A stretch of 63,667 bases of DNA, filler included. It is 11 parts of 11 records of this genome, joined end to end, with 100 filler letters (N's around TTAATTAATTAA, not from the genome) between each part and the next. Parts side by side here need not be neighbours in the genome. Positions count along the whole stretch, not along the records: positions 20,910 to 25,320 come from SRR7504441_7818; positions 25,421 to 31,892 come from SRR7504441_7821; positions 31,993 to 45,042 come from SRR7504441_7822; 8 more parts are not named here. One strand, 5' to 3'. Positions 22,375-34,731 of this stretch are shown here, piece by piece. The translations under genes were made by a program, and so were the position numbers. The notes beneath the pieces were generated by a model. It saw only the letters and a program-made list of their open reading frames with translations. It was not told where the DNA came from and did not search any database. How positions within the stretch are numbered: position 1 is the first letter of the stretch; every line of letters begins with the position of its first letter.

Positions 22375-24906
22375 ATGCGGGGACCCGAAGAGCAATCTGG
22401 CCTTGGGCAGCGCCGCTGGAGGGTGCGCTGGCACGTGCGGGGCCTGGTTGTTGCGGGGATCTGGTGCCTGGTAGTGGTATTCTTCGCTTCGCGACTGGGT
22501 CAGAGCAGCAGTGGGCGCCATTCCTTTATGCACGCCTCCCCCAGTCTGCCTCCCACCCTGCTTGCACGCCCGCGTCCGCCCCAGATCCCCGTGGCCGTGC
22601 GCCAGCCCCGTCCGGTCCTTCCGGTCAGCCAGGGCCCGCGTGCTGTCACCCCAGCCCGAGGTGAAACGAGGAGCACGCCACAGCACAGCGCAACTGCTGG
22701 CACCGAAGTGGCCCATGCCCGGATGGCCGACGTTACAGTGGGCCTGGAGCTCGGTGCGTGACTCCACGTCCTGTTGTACCCCTAGACCAGCTTACGCGAC
22801 CTGCTTACTGGTGGGCAGAATTTTATTCTCGGCAGTCGGCGCACTTGGGAGTCAAGCGACTCGCCCGCGCACAAGGCTGGACCTTTGACTTCCTCGAGGG
22901 GTCTCTAGACACTGGCCTCTTCTATCGCGACGATCTGCCCACTCGAGCCCATGCCGCCGAACTCAATCTTCGTAAATGCTGCCGCCGGCGATCAGACCCA
23001 GGTGTGCCGACCCTAGCTGCTCTTGGGACGGTGGGCAGTGGCGCCGGACGCTGAGCTGATTCCGGTCCTCGCTATGCACCCTGGCCAGCACCCAGTATTG
23101 CTGAGCGGAGCCTGCTGCCGGTGCTTCCAATCCAGGTAAGATATTGGCGATTTTCCAATTCCTGGTTAGACAGCGCGGTTCAGGCTCAGAGAGCGCTGGA
23201 AGGGGGTCACAAAATCCGATTTTGAGCATACAAGTGCAGCTTGCTGCAAATCGGAACTCGTTGCACATTGTCTCGTTGGTGGCACCCACCTGAATGCAAT
23301 GCATTCAGTACGCGTGACAAGGTCTCGAGCTGGTTTCTGGAGTTCTAAGCCCGACTCAAGCAAATGACATGCTCAGTGCTTCGCTGCCTCGGTTGGCCCA
23401 GGTGTGGCTGGTTCTGAGGGGTGCTTGACTCTTTCTCAGCTTGGTGCAACGGCAGACTCAACAGCCGGGTAAGCGCCGCCGCCCAATATGTGGCTGATCC
23501 TGGGGTGGTTGGTTCCCCAGACTGCACGTACATGTAGGTTTGGGAATTGTGCCCCACTCGGTACGTAAAATGCCCCCTTGGAGGCCAAATTCACGAATTT
23601 GGACAGCATCTTGCAGAAGTACCGAAACACGTGTAAAGCCAATTGTTTTCATCTCCCGAAACTTGTGTTGCAAGGCGCCCTGCTAGTCTCATGCTGCTAC
23701 TGCGGCTCTACACTACCACCATTGGGCCTACAGTGCACATCGATGGAGGCATGATCCATGCTGAAAGGTGTAAGCGCTTTGTGTGTACAGGAGTGGGACT
23801 GATGCTGGGGCTTAGTAACCCTCCCACACTTACTCTATGACATGCATGTTGTCTGTAGCGGAAGTTTGCTGGCGCCGTTGGAGCTTGTGGCATCAATCTG
23901 ATCAGTCTGGAGAGAACTCATCTCCTGATCATGAGTTCGTCTTCTTGAATGATGAGGTGCCCGCTGATGTGCAATACTAGAACATGTGCTTGCAGGCACG
24001 GGAAGCCACGGCTACACTGTGTCTCGAATACATTAGGGTGCTCTCTGTGTTGGCGTCTGGGCGTGGTAATAATAGGCGCAATCAGCTGAAAGCACTGCAG
24101 CAACTGCTGCTCGACGCTGTAGCACAGTACGGTGCTGCTGTTGCCACGCTACACAGCATGCATGTTCCTGAACCAGAAAGCTGCGACGAACTACCTCGAC
24201 CACCAGCACCAGAGTTGTGCCTCAACACCCAGGCATTGTCCATATCCCTGCTAGTGCTTGAATGATGAATTGTGTAGCGCCTATTACAATGGATCCACCA
24301 GTCAGGATTTGTCGATAAAATCGCGTGTGCTCAAAGACAGGCCTGCCCATCAATGTCAATAAGGTTTGACTGAATCAGCGTGCCTGCAGATTTCCAGTGT
24401 GATACGAGATCATGGGCTAGGATCAGGATGCCCCGAAAGCCCAGAACCGGTTCCAATGCCCAAGTTGTATTGCCGCTGGTGTGCAAGACATTCAAGGACA
24501 GCATCGCCAGTTAAGCCTTTGTTACAAACTCCTGAATTGAGCGGCAATAAGCCCGCGCAAGAGCTCGGTGATTTCTTTCGGCGCTTGGCTGCAGCGCAGG
24601 GACATCTAAAATCTCAGCGAAGAGGCCCCACATCTAGTACCTATGCTATACAAGAGAACGAGCGAAACAATGGCTGGAGTGCACTACCACAGTGTCACTA
24701 TGAGGTACGCGCCTAGCTCCGACTTACTTCGCTCTTGCCTGAACGTTGCACTGCTAGCCGAATTGACTGACAATAATATAGCTCTTAATGATGATTGTGC
24801 AGGTAAACTTCTGCACTATTGGACGAATCGGAACCGTAGAATTCCGAAGGCAGAGCATGACCTTCGATGCAAGGCAAGCTCAATTGTGGGTGCAGCATTG
24901 CGTTAA
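22375..24906 (+). CDS. Putative type II membrane protein of unknown function (multi-exon; 3' structure uncertain)
   Basis: Basic N-terminus + single TM (GLVVAGIWCLVVVFFA) + Pro-rich stem, then successive + strand exon-like frames (22758-23054, 23984-24265, 24366-24906) separated by GT..AG segments. Confidence 0.4.
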
Positions 24907-25320
24907 TATTACACGGATCGCAATGGGCCGAGGCGTGCGCAGCTAGTGCGCAGCACTCTAGATAAACCTTAATCTATAAACCGGAGGATGAATTCTACTA
25001 CTTCAATCGGTGCTCTATGACCAGTTACCTTATAACAACTCGTAATATGATGCTCTCGCGGCCTATCTCTGTTGTCTATTTGAATTGCGCATGCAAGCAC
25101 GGTAATAAGGACAGTGCATTTGGCTCAGATCTTTACGTAGAAGTAGAAGTAGAGGAAGAGGCTGAAGCCGACCCAAACAGCAGAGCTGCCTCAACTGCGC
25201 GATTCCACTCCTTGAATCTGCATCGCATTCAAGAATGGCTGCAATCTAAAGTCAGCTACAGACCTCATGGCACGTTCCGTATCCCCAATCACAGGTTTGA
25301 ATTGTACCGATTCCCCCCCC

Positions 25321-25420
25321 NNNNNNNNNNNNNNNNNNNNNNNNNNNNNNNNNNNNNNNNNNNNTTAATTAATTAANNNNNNNNNNNNNNNNNNNNNNNN
25401 NNNNNNNNNNNNNNNNNNNN
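25321..25420. other. Artificial contig linker
   Basis: N44-TTAATTAATTAA-N44. Confidence 0.98.
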
Positions 25421-25421
25421 C

Positions 25422-25883
25422 AATGTGCTGGGCTGCTTTGCTGGCGTAGTACTGGCCAAGCTGTGGTGGGTGGCTGGATTTGGCCTTAATGATCCGGTCA
25501 TTGCTTCAACGAGCGCGGGGCTGCTGGCAAACCTCATCATCGCGTCGCCGAGCGACTGGCAGTACGCTGATACTTTAATGCGCGCGGTGGCTACGGGGAG
25601 CCTCCTTGGGATGGGCGCCCCCAAGCTCCTCCCCGAGCCGTGGATGTTTGCCTTGGCCGGGTTGATCGCCGGAGGCTATGTATGCCTTCTCTTCCCTTTT
25701 TTCCCGGGCTGGAGTGGCAGAGAAGGAGTCCACGCGTGTTTGGCATATTCAACTGTTGCGCTCGCCCGAGCTTTGTTCCTTTGTGTGTTTCCTGGCCCGG
25801 AGAGTGCTAGTCCAACGCTCGAGAAGCCCGGGATCACAAGCGCAAGCAACTGCGCCGATGGTGGGGATAATGATCAGCTATAA
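25422..25883 (+). CDS. 3' end of a polytopic membrane protein (partial)
   Basis: Open from the contig edge; several Gly-rich hydrophobic helices; stop at 25883. Confidence 0.6.
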   Translation, partial: NVLGCFAGVVLAKLWWVAGFGLNDPVIASTSAGLLANLIIASPSDWQYADTLMRAVATGSLLGMGAPKLLPEPWMFALAGLIAGGYVCLLFPFFPGWSGREGVHACLAYSTVALARALFLCVFPGPESASPTLEKPGITSASNCADGGDNDQL

Positions 25884-26134
25884 CGCGAATAAAACGCCAA
25901 CAGGCGTGTACACTTGCTTATATTAATTTATTAAACTGACTACATGAGCAACACGATTATGTTTTATGTTAAACCGTCGGCACGCCAGCTACAGGATCAT
26001 CGTTGGGCCGCAAATCGGGATTAAAGCGGGATACTCCGATGGACGTCATGTCGGCGGCGCGGCGACGTCGATCGTGTTTTTACTGATCGCGACGCTACGT
26101 GCATGTACAATAAGTCATGATCATGATTGCAGAG

Positions 26135-27787
26135 TTAACGATGGGCCTTCAAGAATGCCTTGAACTCGTCCAACGTCAGTTGATTGTCGCCATCGCAGTC
26201 AAATGCACGCATGGCGTTCTCTGCATCGGCCCTTGTTTTGAATCCAATGTCGCAAGTCACGGCCATATTAATTAGCTCGTGCAAATCAATTTGTCCATCC
26301 TGGTCCAGATCAAACTTGTTGAAGAGTGCTGCCACATCCGCGCCAGTCGAATCATAATAGCGAAGTGTGGCAGCTTGAAAATCATGTAAGTTGTCGAGGG
26401 TCGGCTCCTCTACTGCTGCTTGGTCGTCTTTTGCAAACGGGCCAGTGAATCCAGGGCCAAGGGTGCCAAACAGATCCCAGTGCTTCTCAAACTGCTCAAT
26501 GCTCATTGCGCAAGGTTTGCATCCCTGGGCAAGTAGTCCCTCAGTGACGATTTGTTGCATGCCTTGCTCCAAGATCCTTTGCTTGAGAGCACTATCAGCC
26601 TGGGCCCGGGCGAGCAGATTCAGACAGGCCTTTGCATTGTGCAAGCACTGCCAAGAAAAGTACAGCGGGCCGTTGTTGAATTGGAGTGCGTGCATCATGG
26701 GAGTCAGCCATAGTGCTCTCAATGCGGCACCGATCTCCATATCATACATTACCTCCTCCACAGTGTTGCGGGTGAAGGGCTGCGCTGCATCGCCGAGCTG
26801 GTCGATGTAAGATTGGGCCACATTCCTACGCTGCTCGAGAGATGGCCATTCGCCTTGGGGCTCGCCAGCACCGAAGAAGTACCCAAGTGGTCCTCGCATG
26901 CTAGTAAAGAGTACAGTACCAAGGTCAATAGCTGCTGGGAGGCGGCCACAAAAGTCCAAATCGATCATGCAAAGGTCGCCATGGCCACCATTTGTCTTGT
27001 GCATCAGATTACAGCCGTGGCAGTCTCCGTGCCCAACCACTTTTCTGCCCATGAGGGACTCTGGGGCCAGCATGCCGTATAGCAGGGGGGTAAGCTCCTT
27101 GAGCCCCGCACAGAGAGCTTCACCGTTCTTCCCACCTTTGGCAATGAAATCGCCCCAAAGCACTGTCATGAAGGCATAATCGCCATACATTGCTTTGGCT
27201 GCTGCCGCGTCCTTGTTGGTTGGGGCGTCGACGAAATATTCCTCCCATTGGCCCTTGGTATGGTCCTTGTATGCTTCGTACCACTCAGACGGAGCACTAT
27301 GCAGCTTGGCGATCAGCGTTGCAAAGCATGTGGCGTCCTCCTTGTTTGCAAGAAACTCGGGCCCGTGTTTGGAGAGGAGCCAGGCTGCGGTGCCGCCCTC
27401 TACAAAGTCATACACTTCGAGGCCTGGAGCCAGAGGGTTGCCCAGGCAATAAAGCTTCGGGACGAGCCCGGCATTGTCCAACTGGTGATAGGCCGCGTTG
27501 ACCAAGCTGTCTTCGCCTTCGGAACCAGGATTTATCTTGAGGGCGAGGCCCCCGCTCTTGCCAGCGCGGGTGCACTTGATTATCGCGTTGCCCGAGAAGC
27601 CCCCGCCCAGAGCCTCGGACGTGAAGTCCGCCTGCTGGACGTCGGCCCACTCGGGGTTCGCGAGCTTGCACAGCAGGAGCAGAGCTGTCTCGTCGCCGGT
27701 CTGGGCTGCAGGCAGAATGTACTGGTAGATCTCCCACGAGACACTAACTTGCGTCTGTTCAGGTTCGACGCGCAGAAAGCGAGACAT
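26135..27787 (-). CDS. Choline/ethanolamine kinase-like (APH/ChoK fold) protein with two C-terminal EF-hands
   Basis: LGGGFSGN, VVGHGDCHGCNLM (Brenner motif), MIDLDFCG; EF loops DLDQDGQIDLHE and DCDGDNQLTLDE; intronless; ATG 27787. Confidence 0.8.
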   Translation of the reverse strand: MSRFLRVEPEQTQVSVSWEIYQYILPAAQTGDETALLLLCKLANPEWADVQQADFTSEALGGGFSGNAIIKCTRAGKSGGLALKINPGSEGEDSLVNAAYHQLDNAGLVPKLYCLGNPLAPGLEVYDFVEGGTAAWLLSKHGPEFLANKEDATCFATLIAKLHSAPSEWYEAYKDHTKGQWEEYFVDAPTNKDAAAAKAMYGDYAFMTVLWGDFIAKGGKNGEALCAGLKELTPLLYGMLAPESLMGRKVVGHGDCHGCNLMHKTNGGHGDLCMIDLDFCGRLPAAIDLGTVLFTSMRGPLGYFFGAGEPQGEWPSLEQRRNVAQSYIDQLGDAAQPFTRNTVEEVMYDMEIGAALRALWLTPMMHALQFNNGPLYFSWQCLHNAKACLNLLARAQADSALKQRILEQGMQQIVTEGLLAQGCKPCAMSIEQFEKHWDLFGTLGPGFTGPFAKDDQAAVEEPTLDNLHDFQAATLRYYDSTGADVAALFNKFDLDQDGQIDLHELINMAVTCDIGFKTRADAENAMRAFDCDGDNQLTLDEFKAFLKAHR

Positions 27788-27880
27788 GGCCAAATCGCCG
27801 GGGGCGGAGGCGAGCTGTTGGGGCTGGCGGGGCTGGGGAGCAGATCTGCTGGCGGGGCAAGCTCGTCCGGGATCCAGAAA

Positions 27881-27960
27881 CGCAGAGCTGTGGCCAATGC
27901 CCCTTGAATCCGCCGCCGCGCCCTCCACCGAGCCCCAGGCGCAGAGCTGTGGCCAATGCC
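27881..27960. promoter_or_regulatory. Duplicated 21-bp CCAAT-box element in a bidirectional promoter
   Basis: CGCAGAGCTGTGGCCAATGCC at 27881-27901 and 27940-27960, between divergent ATGs 27787 and 28033. Confidence 0.6.
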
Positions 27961-28032
27961 GGCCGCGAGATTACGGCAACCGACTCGCGGCGACGCTGTC
28001 AAAAGTCAAGCGCTGGCTGGGTTACGCGCACG

Positions 28033-31000
28033 ATGAATCATGCGTTCGACCAGCTGTGCCGCGACGAGGTGCCGTCCTACCCGCTCTGGCAGTCGCCGTG
28101 CTTGGTGGACGCACTGGTGGTCAGCCCAGCACTCTTGCTGCTTCTGATTGTCTCCACTGCACGGATCCTGCGCGCGCCGCCCAAGGGGCTGGCAGTGGGC
28201 AGCTCGATCCGCGCCCCAATCTGCCTGGGCCTGGCGATGGGCTCGTTTGCTTGCTTCGCGCTCCAGTGCACAGAGGTGCTCGCCTATCCGCTCGGCGCTT
28301 CCCACAAGCAGTCCAGCCTCCCTCCGGCTGCATACATCTGGGTATCGCTCTCTGTGGTTGGCTGGTTCGCTGCAGGCGCCGATGTCGCCCGGCCTGACTG
28401 GTACGCGCTGCCCCCCCTCGGGCTGACGGCAGCGGCGTTAGCTGCCCGCTGCGCCACCACCGTGCTGCACGGCACATGGAACGCTGCAGGGGCTTACGCC
28501 GTCAGCCTGGAGGCCATCGGGTCGTTGCTGGTGCTCGCCTCCGCGGTGGGTCAGTGGTCGTCCGGTCTGTCGCGAGGGCGATCGCTCGAGCCGGTGGCGT
28601 ACCAGCCGGCAGGGCAAGATAATCTGGCCAAGGAGGAGACGGCCGGGCTGCTGAGCACCATCACGTTCAGTTGGGTCTCTCCGCTGATGCACCTGGCAGT
28701 GGACCGGATCAGCCAGGGCAGCGCGCTGGAGGAGGCCGACCTAGAGGCGGAGATGCCGTTATCGCGGTGCGACACGTCGGAGGAGGTGTACCGGGTCTTT
28801 CATGAGAACTGGACCGATTCAGGCGAGCAGCTGGCACCTGCCCTGCGGCGAGGGTTTGGTCTCCTTTTTGTCCAGGCAGCAGGAATGAAGCTGCTTTACG
28901 ACACCGGACAGGTCGCGTGCCCGCTCATGCTGCACGCCATCATCACTTACTTGAACGAGGACGCGGTTGGCCCATCCCAGAAGGGGATTGGGCTGGTTCT
29001 AGGCCTGCTGGCCATCAATGTTAGCCAGACAGCTGTATTGCACCAATATTTTCTCCGCATGTTCAGACTCGGACAGCAACTCCGGTCGGCGGTCATCCTC
29101 GCGGTGTACCGCAAGTCACTGCGCGTGCCGCCTGGACAGTGCAACTCGGAGCAAGATTCGGGTAAGACCATCAACCTGATGACAACCGACGCAACCAGAA
29201 TGCAAGACCTGACAACATATTTGGGCAGCCTGTACTCTGGTCCTTACTGCATTGGGCTCTGTCTGTTCTTCCTGTACCGGACGGTCGGGACGGCCATGCT
29301 TGCGGGACTTGGAGTGATGGTGCTGATGGTACCGGTCACAGGAATTATTGCGAGGCTCACCAAGATATATCAGAATGCACTGATGCAAGCCAAGGACACG
29401 CGGATACAAATAACAAACGAATGCGTCACTGGAATAGAAATCATCAAGTGCTCGGCCTACGAGGCCGCGTTCGAGCAGTCGATTGGTGCAGCCCGTGGAA
29501 AGGAGTTGCGTCGCCTCCTTGAGTATCAAGTGCTTCAGGGAATGTCTTCGGTCTTGTGGCAGGCAGTGCCTGTGATGGTAGCGCTGGCCACATTCGTCAC
29601 CTACACCTATCAGGGCAATAATCTGGACGCCGCAACCGCCTTCACTGCGCTAGGCCTGTTCAACGTACTCAGATTCCCATTGACCATGTTTCCAGCCACA
29701 ATCAGCAATTTGGTCGAAGCGAGCATCTCTGTCAAGAGAGTTCAGGATTATTTGCTACTAGCAGAGTTGGACCCCGAGGCCGTAGACTCTGCCTCCGCCG
29801 ACAGCGGTCGGGCAGACCTGAGCGTGGCGATCCAAGTGACTGGGCAAGGTGGGGCGCATTTTGTGTGGAGCATGGACCAGCTTGCTGCCACAGCCAATGA
29901 GGGATCAGCTATTGATCCCAATCCGCTGTCAGAGCCAATGCTCAAGACCGATGGAGCTATGCGATCCGAAGGATTTGAGCTCAAGGGTCTCGAACTTGCC
30001 ATCGGGCAGGGTGAGCTGGTGGGGGTAGTGGGCCAAGTGGGTTGTGGCAAGTCGGCGCTGCTGCATGCACTGCTGGGCGAGATGAACAAACTCAAGGGGA
30101 CTGTTAAAGTCAATGGCACTGTAGCCTACATCCCCCAATCAGCCTTTGTGCTGAATGACACCGTCGAGAAGAACATCACATTCGGACTTCCAATGTATCC
30201 GGAGCGTTATGAAAAGGCCAAGCGGCTCTCCTGCCTCCAGCACGACCTTGAGAGCGACGCAATGCCTAAAGGAGATCAGACACAGATCGGTGAACGTGGC
30301 CTCACACTCAGCGGAGGCCAGAAACAGCGTGTGAGCCTAGCCCGGGCCTTGTATCGAGATGCCGATGTGTATCTCTTTGACGACTGCCTCTCAGCCCTGG
30401 ATGCTGCAGTCGGCCAGAAAGTCTTTGAGGAGTGTATCCGGACTGCTCTGGCTGGGACAACGCGGGTTTTGGTCACTCACGCTGTGCAGCATCTGCCCCA
30501 CTGCGACCGAGTGTTAGTGCTCCAGAACGGTACAGTTATCGAGCAGGGAAGCTACAAGGAGCTTGTCGACCAAGGCGCCGCGGTATTCCAGAGCTTTGTT
30601 TCCTCACATGAGGCGAGTGTGAATGAGATGGTCGAGATTGCCAATTCCACTTCAGAGGACCCCTCTGGACTTCCTCCGGAAGAACAAGCAATCGAAGAGG
30701 CTGCAAAGATGGCCAAGAAGCGCAAAACTGAGGAATTGGACGAGAGAGCACAGCGCAAAGAGGTTCGGCTGAAGGGATCTGTAGACAAGAAAGTCTATTG
30801 GAGCTACGCCAGAGCCACAGGAGGGGTGTGCATGGTGCTCAGCATCGCAATGCTGGCCACATTTAACCAAGGCAGCTCTGTTGCGACCAATTACTGGCTA
30901 TCCTATTGGAGTAGCCATGGCGAGGATCATGACTCTTCATACTTTCTGGATATCTATGCGGCCCTGGCTTGCTCCAATATCGTAATTATGGCCTGTGGGA

Positions 31001-31892
31001 ACCTCGTGCGTGCTTGGGCAGGAGTGAAAGCTTCCCGAGTTCTGCACGAGACTCTGCTGGCCTGTGTGCTCAGGGCCCGGCTCTCTTTCTTCCTTACAAC
31101 ACCGACAGGCCAGATCACGAACCGCTTTGCTCAAGGTAGCCCCTATTAGGCTGGCCGGTCGGGTCGCTGATTGGGGGCAGATGTTTACACGGTTGACGAG
31201 CAGCTGCCTCAGACAATGAACATGCTGATCTTATGCATATGGAATGTAATGGCCACATTGGCCCTGATTGTGGCTGTCACGCCTTGGTTTGCACTGGCTA
31301 TCATTCCACTCGGTTTCTTGTACTATCGGGCCCTCAAGTACTATGTGGCCACCAGCCGCGAGGTCAAGCGGATCGAGTCTATCGCCCGCTCTCCCATCTA
31401 CTCACACTTTGGCGAGACTCTGCAAGGCTGCACCTCCATCAGAGCATATAACATGGACGCAAATTTCTCCCTCAAGAATTCGAGTCAGCTCGACTTGAAC
31501 CAGCAAGCTTACTTTGCAGGCACCTCAGCCAATCGCTGGCTTGCAGTTCGGCTTGAGTTCGTGGGTTCGGCCATCGTCTTTGGCTCAGCCTTATTTGCTG
31601 TGATAGCGAGAGGCGACATCGACCCATCGCTGGCTGGCCTTTCGGTTTCATACGCACTTGGCGTCACACAGACTTTGAACTGGATCGTGCGGATGGGCGG
31701 ACAGGCAGAAACCCAGATCGTGTCAGTTGAACGGCTTGGAGACTACGATAAGCAGCAGAAAGACGGCACTATCCTGGTCGAGGACGAACGGCACACAGAT
31801 GCCTGTGTCCCAACAGGCTGGCCGCAGCAGGGCACGATTGAGGCAAAGGGCTTATCTGTGAGGTGGCGGCCAGAACTGCCTCTTGCAATGCG
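28033..31892 (+). CDS. ABC transporter, ABCC/MRP subfamily (3'-partial)
   Basis: TMD0, TMD1, NBD1 (GQVGCGKS, GERGLTLSGGQKQRVSLARA, YLFDDCLSALD), TMD2 (TPTGQITNRFAQD, RSPIYSHFGETLQG, WLAVRLE, VSVER); intron 31136-31180. Confidence 0.95.
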
Positions 31893-31992
31893 NNNNNNNN
31901 NNNNNNNNNNNNNNNNNNNNNNNNNNNNNNNNNNNNTTAATTAATTAANNNNNNNNNNNNNNNNNNNNNNNNNNNNNNNNNNNNNNNNNNNN
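31893..31992. other. Artificial contig linker
   Basis: N44-TTAATTAATTAA-N44. Confidence 0.98.
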
Positions 31993-32229
31993 GCATGTGT
32001 ACGAGTTGTTGCAAGCTCAGGCAGAGAGCCGAGCGTGCGTGTTTGGGCGTGACGGGGCCAGTGACGGGCCACAACAAGCTCATGTCAACGGAACAACTGA
32101 TCGGTTGAGGCCAGCGCGCCGGTGGCATCCAGCTGCTGCGTGTGGCCGACTCTCGTACCTCGCGAAGGCGTCGGACGACGGACGACGCCGAACAGGTGAA
32201 AGCTCTTGCAGGCACGGCCGGCGGCTCGG

Positions 32230-32856
32230 ATGACGAGGCAGCGCAGTGACGGTGATCTGCACGGGGGGTCCATCGGGTGGACTGCGCCGCTGCCGTTTCT
32301 TCTGCTCTCCGGGCTGCACCTCCTCAACGCTGAATGGATCCGGCACGCGCCCGGATCATTCCCGGCTGCGCACGATGCGCTGGATATGCTCTTGCATGCG
32401 GCTCTGCAGACAAGTGCCTGTGCGCTGTGCACGAAGGGAGCGCCTTTGTTCGGTGTGTTTATTGCTCGGATCGTGGTGGAATACCTAGTGTTCACCTGGG
32501 CGTTCAACGACGCGTTCTATGGTCGTAGGACGGCGCCAGACTCGGAGACATTCTACACATGGAATCAGCTCCTTCATTCCACGATTGGGGTTTCCACCTA
32601 CATCTTCTTTGAGGCTCTCGCCGCGTTGGTCGGCTTCTTGCCATGTGTGTTGCACGTGAAACTACGGCCGAGACAACTCATTGCTTGGGCGTTGCCTACC
32701 CTCTTTCATTTCTTGTACATCTGGTTTGCAACTGCTTATCTTCAGACCAAGGCATATCAATACTTTTACGCTGCGCACTCCATGAACTTTTTGTTTCCCT
32801 TTATATGTTTGTATCATCATGGATCTGTCATCATAATGGATAACAAGAAGACCTGA
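32230..32856 (+). CDS. Hypothetical polytopic membrane protein
   Basis: 208-codon frame with about 5-6 aromatic-rich hydrophobic segments. Confidence 0.6.
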   Translation: MTRQRSDGDLHGGSIGWTAPLPFLLLSGLHLLNAEWIRHAPGSFPAAHDALDMLLHAALQTSACALCTKGAPLFGVFIARIVVEYLVFTWAFNDAFYGRRTAPDSETFYTWNQLLHSTIGVSTYIFFEALAALVGFLPCVLHVKLRPRQLIAWALPTLFHFLYIWFATAYLQTKAYQYFYAAHSMNFLFPFICLYHHGSVIIMDNKKT

Positions 32857-33154
32857 TGCACTATCTATAACATTTGTCATGGCATAAACAAATAAATGAT
32901 ATATCATAAATCCATGGTGTTCTGGACAATGCACTGACTAATTCGCCGGTGTTCCAGCGGCTGAATCCGCGTTGAAGTCCTGACTCGAGCTTTTGTTCCG
33001 TGCGAATAAGACATGTCCAGACACCTCGCAAGGCACCTCCTTCCTTGCGCCCGTGATCTAGTACTCGATCGCCCCGTACTTGCCGCCGAGCGAGGGCTCT
33101 TGATTCTAGGCATCAGTCTCTTCGTTGCACAGAGTAGCTCCACGGTCGCCCAGG

Positions 33155-34552
33155 TTAATGGTCCTTGGGCTTCCTATACAAATCAAGTCCACGAGATCTG
33201 AGACGGCCCAACAGCCCAATCCCGCACCGCCCCATCCGCAGCACGCCGAGCACGACACCTATCGGCACCGCCAGGGCAGTACTCAGCCCGAGCAGCACCG
33301 CCGCCGCGTTGACTAGCTGCGTCCGCCACCAGGCGGGCGGCAAGCTCGGGCTGCACCGCCAGTTAAGCTTGTTTGAGCCGCGTGGCTTGAGTTGATCGAA
33401 CGACCACTCGGCCGCAATCTTGACCGCGCCATCGTCACCCACAATCTCGCACCGGACTGTCCCGGCAGCCCAGTCCACCACAAGCTCGCCGAAATTACGC
33501 CCGAGCCACCGGGCGCCTGGGATGTCATAGTCAGCAGGCATCAGCGCCAAGTAGGTTCGCAACACCCAAGAGAGTAGCCAGTTTGGTGAGCCCGGCCCTA
33601 GCCAGGCGTGCGTGAGTCCGCTGCTGGTGAGCTCAGGCAGCACCACCCTGTGCCCCTGATCGGACCTGCACGCGGCCTCACTCAGCTCAGCGAAATGGAC
33701 GTCGCCAGAGATGAGCACAGGAGCCCTCGCTTTCGAGCTCATCAACAGCTGGAGCAGCCTATCCCTGGCGGCCGGGGCGCTTCGCCAGGCTTCCTGCTTG
33801 AGCCTGGCCTGATGCAGCACTTGCACTCCCGAGACTACTAAGGTCAGATCGGCCCGGCTCTTGGCCAGCCGCTCTGCCAGCCACCGCCACTGCTTGTCGC
33901 CGAGCATGTCGGAGCCGGTCTTGTGATACCTCACATCCAGCAGCAGCACCGACACCACCCGGCCATCCGGACCACTCAGCCGCTCCTCGTGGTACACCCC
34001 GGCCCGGTCCCGCCGTTCCGATTCGGCTGGGACGCCAAATGCGTCCAGGAACAGCCGTTGAGAGGTTTGCTTCCCCTCGAAGCGCCCGTCTCCATTGTTC
34101 AGCCCTGCCGGCCGGTCAGCCTGTCCACGCCCAGTTGCACGCACCGTAATCGTGATCGTCCCAGGTGGCCATCACCCGACCGCCGGCTGCGGCCACCGCC
34201 GGCCGGAGGGTCTGCCCGAACCCTGGCCCCTCCAGCAGCGCCTCGTACTCCCGGCGGAGCGCCAGCTCTGTGGCTGGCCACCACAGTCGCCAGCCCCCCC
34301 CCCCGCCAGCTCCCGCAGGCACAGCTGCATCCGCTGCCAGCTGGGTAGGCCGGCTATGCAGGCGTGCTTCCGGTCGGCGTAGACGTTGTCCCCAGCAAAC
34401 AGCCAGCCGGTCGACCCTGTGCGCGAGGCCCGGGCTGCCGCGTGCCGCCAGAGAGGCGACGGTAGCGCTGGCTTGTTGCACGAGCCAAACAGCAGCCGGG
34501 TGCTGCTGGCAGACGCCACGGTATGGACCGCCAGCAGAGCACCGAGCAGCAT
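33155..34552 (-). CDS. phoD: PhoD-family alkaline phosphatase/phosphodiesterase with C-terminal TM (1 intron, apparent frameshift in a G11 run)
   Basis: FGSCN, GDNVYAD, TWDDHDYGLNN, LLDVRYH, LGDKQWRWL, ISGDVHFAEL, ELTSSGLTH, NFGEL. Confidence 0.85.
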
Positions 34553-34731
34553 GGAATCCGTTCTTGGTTGTGCAGACCAGAGTGCTACTCTCTGAGGCGG
34601 CAGCAGCGGTCACCTCCTCACTCAGCCCTGTCACCACCTGCGGCGTCTCGCTCTCGTAAAAATCCGTTATCCACGCCTCTGCAGGGTTGGGTGCTGCAGC
34701 CGTGCCACTGCGCACGTGGGCCGATCGCGCT

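Noticed and set aside
25017-25320. ORF at the end of contig 5
   Set aside because: Low-GC, truncated by the linker, no motif; cannot be supported.
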